Shown: piece by piece, positions 59,806 through 64,000 of the stretch
How positions within the stretch are numbered: the stretch's first letter is position 1
How the letters are laid out: each line of letters opens with the position of its first letter
Assembly: GCA_051294375.1 (NCBI GenBank)
Contig: CM119268.1
Span: forward strand, 10,846,918-10,910,917
Direction of reading: 5' to 3'
Length of the DNA: 64,000 nt
DNA from: Paraspadella gotoi
Taxonomy: Eukaryota > Animalia > Chaetognatha
The notes under the pieces: generated by a model
The model's database searches: none
What the model saw: the letters and a program-made list of their open reading frames with translations, nothing else
Told to the model about the DNA's origin: nothing
Position numbers and translations under genes: made by a program

Positions 59806-62772
59806 TCTTTTATTAATTCTCTCCGACGAATTTTCTTTTTCCTTTTCCTCATTCCTTCCAAATCCGCATCTTTTCTCTTCTCTCATCATTTCCTCCCAAC
59901 TTCTCCTCATTTTTCACCTTCCACTTTACTTTGGCCAAGTTTGTTCTCTTCCTCTTCCTCCTCATTCTCATCACCCCTCCTTTTCTTCTTTCTTTGCACG
60001 TTCTTCTTTGCTTTTCCTCTCTCTCTCTCTCTCTCTCTCTATTGTTCTCTTCTTCTACGTCTTCTTCATCATTGATTTCAATACACATCGTCTTTCTCTC
60101 TCTCCACGTCGTCGATCGTCGGCCTCTCTCATCTCTCTTCTTCTCTTGCATCTGTCTCGCAGACTCATTTTCGTGAAAATTTTTTGCCCCTCTCGATGAA
60201 AATTATTGTAAGTAAGTATCGGGGTCTCGTTTTGATCTCCCTCGCGGTTACGAGACAACAAACTTACTTCGTTTCTCCTTTCATGCACATCGTTTTCTCC
60301 TTTCCTCTATCATACCCTATTGTTCTCCTTTCTGCCTTACTCTCTACATTGCCTCTTTCCTCTTTCCTAGCCCTCTGTTTCCCTAAGTTTCCTACCATAT
60401 GCCTCCCTCTCTGTCGTCTTTCTCCTTTTCTTCCTCTTTCCTACTTCCTCTTCCTTCTTTTCAGCTGCCCGTTCAATCACTCTTGTTCCCCTTCTCACTC
60501 CTTTGCTTCTCGTTACTGTCCTCCTTTCCTCCTCTCTTGACTCCTTGTCCTCTCTCCTATCTTCTCTTTCCTTACTTCCTCCCCTCTACCGATGGATGCT
60601 TCCTCCCTCTCTTCCTGCCTTGCTCCCTCTACTCTCTATGAACCGACTAGTTTTAGCTTCTAGTTTTTTCACGTGTTCTTTCTCCTTATTTTCCAAGATA
60701 GTACTAAGATGAGATCCTTGTTTTTAGTCTTTTCTCTTAAAGGTCGGGCCATCGACGATCAATTCATTATAAATTAGGGGACTAAAAATGAGCATCGGAT
60801 TCGATCGAAAGGAGAGCTCTGGACGATTCCGAAAATGTTATTTACTGTTACTAATTTTTCAAAGAGCGTCATCGTTTTTTCGATTTTTTTTGTACTATAA
60901 TAAAATAAAACTAAACCCTATTTGAAGAGTTACGAGCCCCAAAAACAGTAAGGCGGTTTCTCATGTAACATTAGTGCATGAATTACTTTAAGCTCAAACG
61001 AACATACCAAATTCTATTGATAAAGATACCTTTCACAAAATTTTGCCTCTTCATATAAAAATTTGATTATTTTAAACTAATTTTTGGGGATGTTAAATGT
61101 CCTTGATATCTTTTGAAAGAAAAAACATTTTTTAATAAACGCGCTCATAGAATCTCCGCCCAACCTTTCTTTTTCNNNNNNNNNNNNNNNNNNNNNNNNN
61201 TCGATACAAATCCTATTCCTGTTTAAGAATTTAACAAAAGTATTAGCTTTAACTGCAGCATGGGCTTTTCGTTTCCCAGCATATTTTCACGCGAATGCGC
61301 AGTTTCTCGTATCTTCAAAACCTTTTTCAATATTTCTCATATGCAACTTCTCCATTTAATTTAAAACGCGTCATCGCTGAAGCCTTGAGGCACGTCGTCG
61401 TCGTCGTCGTCGTCGTCGTCATTGTCGTCGTCCAACGATGCAACGTGCGCTCATTTTTTTTCTTCATTCTTGGCTTCTTAAACAATCTACGCCTTTCCTC
61501 CGATCTTTGCTTTCCTTTTCTCTCCTCTCATTTCCTATCTTCTCTTTTTTCTATTCTATCTTCTCCCTTTTCTTTTCGTTCTTTTCCTCTCTCCTCCCAT
61601 CTCTTTTTTTTTTCTCTTTCCTCTCCGTCATCTTCTTCCGCTTTCCAAAAACCAGCTGAGTCTCCGCTTTTCCTGTCACCTACTTAACGCATTAGCACTT
61701 ACCCTTATCTTCACCCTTCCCTTCCACCTGCACCTTACCCATCTGCTTTTCTCTCAACCCTCACTTACCAAATCCTCTTTCTCTCCTCAACTCCTTTCTT
61801 TTTCCCTCTCACATATTTCTACTCTTTACCCCTCAATTTCTTCTTCCCCCTGCCGTCCCTTTTCTCCCTTTCTGTCTTCCCCCAAACTCCTTCCTTCTTC
61901 CCTCCCTCCCTCTCTCTCTCCTTCTCTCTCTCTCTCCCTCCCTCCCTCCTTCTTTCTCTGTTTCTCTCCCTCCCTCTCTCCTTCCCTCTCTCTCTCTCCC
62001 TCCCTGCCTCCCTTTCTCCTTCTCTCTCTCTCCCTCCCTCCCTCCCTCTCTCGCTCCAAGACAAAGAGGAATGTCTTTGCCCCATTTTTCTTTCCTCCTT
62101 AATTTCGTGTCGCGCGGAATCAAAATTCAATGTTCCACGTGTTTTCGGGAAAGCGTGACGAAAAATATGTTCCACAATTTTTTTTTTCTTTCTGCCTTTT
62201 TCTTTATCCCTTCCTCCTTACTTTTTTCTTTCTTTTTTCTTCTTGATCTTTTTTTGGCTCTTTTTTTCTTTTCCGTTCCTTTTTTTCTTTTTTTTTTAGT
62301 CTCTTTTACAATTTTTTTCTTACTATTTCCTTCGTTTTCTTCTTTTTTTGATCATTATCTTTTGATTAATTCTCTTTTTTTTATTTTCCCTGCAATGTTT
62401 ATTTTTTATCCGTTTTTTTAAAGTAAATTTTTGTTAGTTTTTTTTACTCTTGTTTACTATACGTATACGTATACTTTATTTTATATTATAATTATTTCAC
62501 AAGAAGCTCGTACAACCTTGGTAAAAATAATATGTTTGACGTGTGTGGCGAGAAGAAAAAAAAAGACAACGAGTCAAAAAAAAAAGGCACAATTGCGGTT
62601 TTATTTTCATTTTCTTCCCAAGTTTTTTTTTTGTAATTTGGGATTACCTTTCAGATTCAATCAAGACACGGAGATTGCGAGAACAAAAAAACAGCGAAAG
62701 ACCTTGTGAGTAAGATAATGAGAAAGTGAACGAGAGAGAGAGAGAGACGGGTATAGAGAGAGAAATGAAAGG

Positions 62773-62815
<43 letters not shown>

Positions 62816-62837
62816 GGAGAGAGAGAAGAGAGAGAGA

Positions 62838-62868
<31 letters not shown>

Positions 62869-63963
62869 AGCAGTTGCGCCGAGGTCGAATGCCCCTGGGA
62901 AGTGCTTGATGGGCTTGGTCCATTGTTGTGCTGGAGTCCGAAGATATTTTTTTTCACTTTTCGGCCCCGAGAAAGTTTTTCTAAAATAAGATGAGGTCAC
63001 GTGAGATCAGACGGGGTTGGCGGTGATGGGCGGGGGTGGGCTGGCGGCGCAGGGAGGGGGGCTCCTTGGCTTTGCGGGGCGTCTGGCCGATGGATGGCGA
63101 GAACATCCTGTAATATTACATGAGATTAATAATTAATGGTGTTAATAAGTGACGTCCTGATTCGAGTTTTTTTTTTGTTTTTTTTTTTTGTGACCGCAGA
63201 CTTCTTCATACGTGCGCTGTCTTACGATTTCAGTTAATTTTTTAAAGTCAGTCTGTCTATTTGGATTCTATATTTTTCGTTTTACATTTAATGTTTTATT
63301 GATTAAACGAAGTCTTTTAAGCGATGGGTAAAGTAATTATCATCTCGTTGGCAGGAATGTCCAATTACATTGCATTGTAGTTTCAGTACCTCTCTCGCTT
63401 TTTTTTGTTTTTTAAGATTTTTTTCCCCCAGTTGCTCGTTAAGACCTGATGCCTTCGGAGAGACGAAAATAGTAGTTCACATTAAGCTAATACCCAAAAT
63501 CTAGAGTCCACAGAGTCCCGCGACGAAAAGGAACTTCATAAATCTCAATATTAATAAAACTGTTTTATTATTTTTCTCTATTCAGCCGAGAACCGATAAA
63601 TAAATCGCACGTGGAAAAAAAAAAAAAAAACTGAAAAGAAAAAAAGTCTCTACAACAACAGCCAAGAATTATAGTCACGGTTCCCCTCCCCTTGCTTTAC
63701 GGCCGAGGGATAAACTTGCATAACCATTAAATCCAGAATTCTTTTTTTTTTTTTTGTCGCGGCTACAGCGGGGACTTGATAAAACGCTTTTCCATCTGTC
63801 TGTATGTCTGTCTCTCTGTCTCTCTCCGCGGACAATACGTTTTAAAGAAAGTAAAAGATGTAGATTGCGAAATTAGGAGAAGATAGACATTGAAACCACA
63901 AATTAAAATAAAAAAGGAAAGAAAAAACAAAAACAACAGAAGCTATTAAGAAAGAAAATTAAA

Positions 63964-64000
<37 letters not shown>

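Noticed and set aside
59257-60075. 272-aa hydrophobic ORF
   Set aside because: It arises from a pyrimidine-rich 90-bp tandem repeat that lacks stop codons by composition.

Overview
Intron-rich eukaryotic (animal, probably invertebrate) genomic DNA, AT-rich and full of (GA/CT)n, (GAC/GTC)n and (GAAA)n microsatellites, with four assembly gaps. Most ORFs in the supplied track are microsatellite or antisense artefacts. A peroxidasin gene on the + strand spans at least 21-47601. Its 16 hand-spliced, phase-consistent exons encode LRR, LRR, LRRCT, four Ig domains and the start of the heme peroxidase domain with WGQFIDHD. The gene starts before the window and its next exon was not found. Two complete multi-exon genes sit on the - strand inside its introns. 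(A) An 8-exon, 684-aa uncharacterised protein built from four copies of an unnamed ~110-aa domain and ending in CCCAIM (CaaX), at 7648-14136. (B) An 8-exon, 440-aa signal peptide + DOMON + cytochrome b561 protein (FRRS1-like, no reeler domain), at 21823-25773. Weaker nested-gene candidates also occur. Repeats include MITEs with TA or TTAA target duplications, a solo-LTR-like element with 4-bp TSDs and an empty-site paralogue in the same window, tRNA-derived SINE heads, DINE-1/HINE-like elements and minisatellites. All gene models were spliced by hand and need RNA-seq confirmation.
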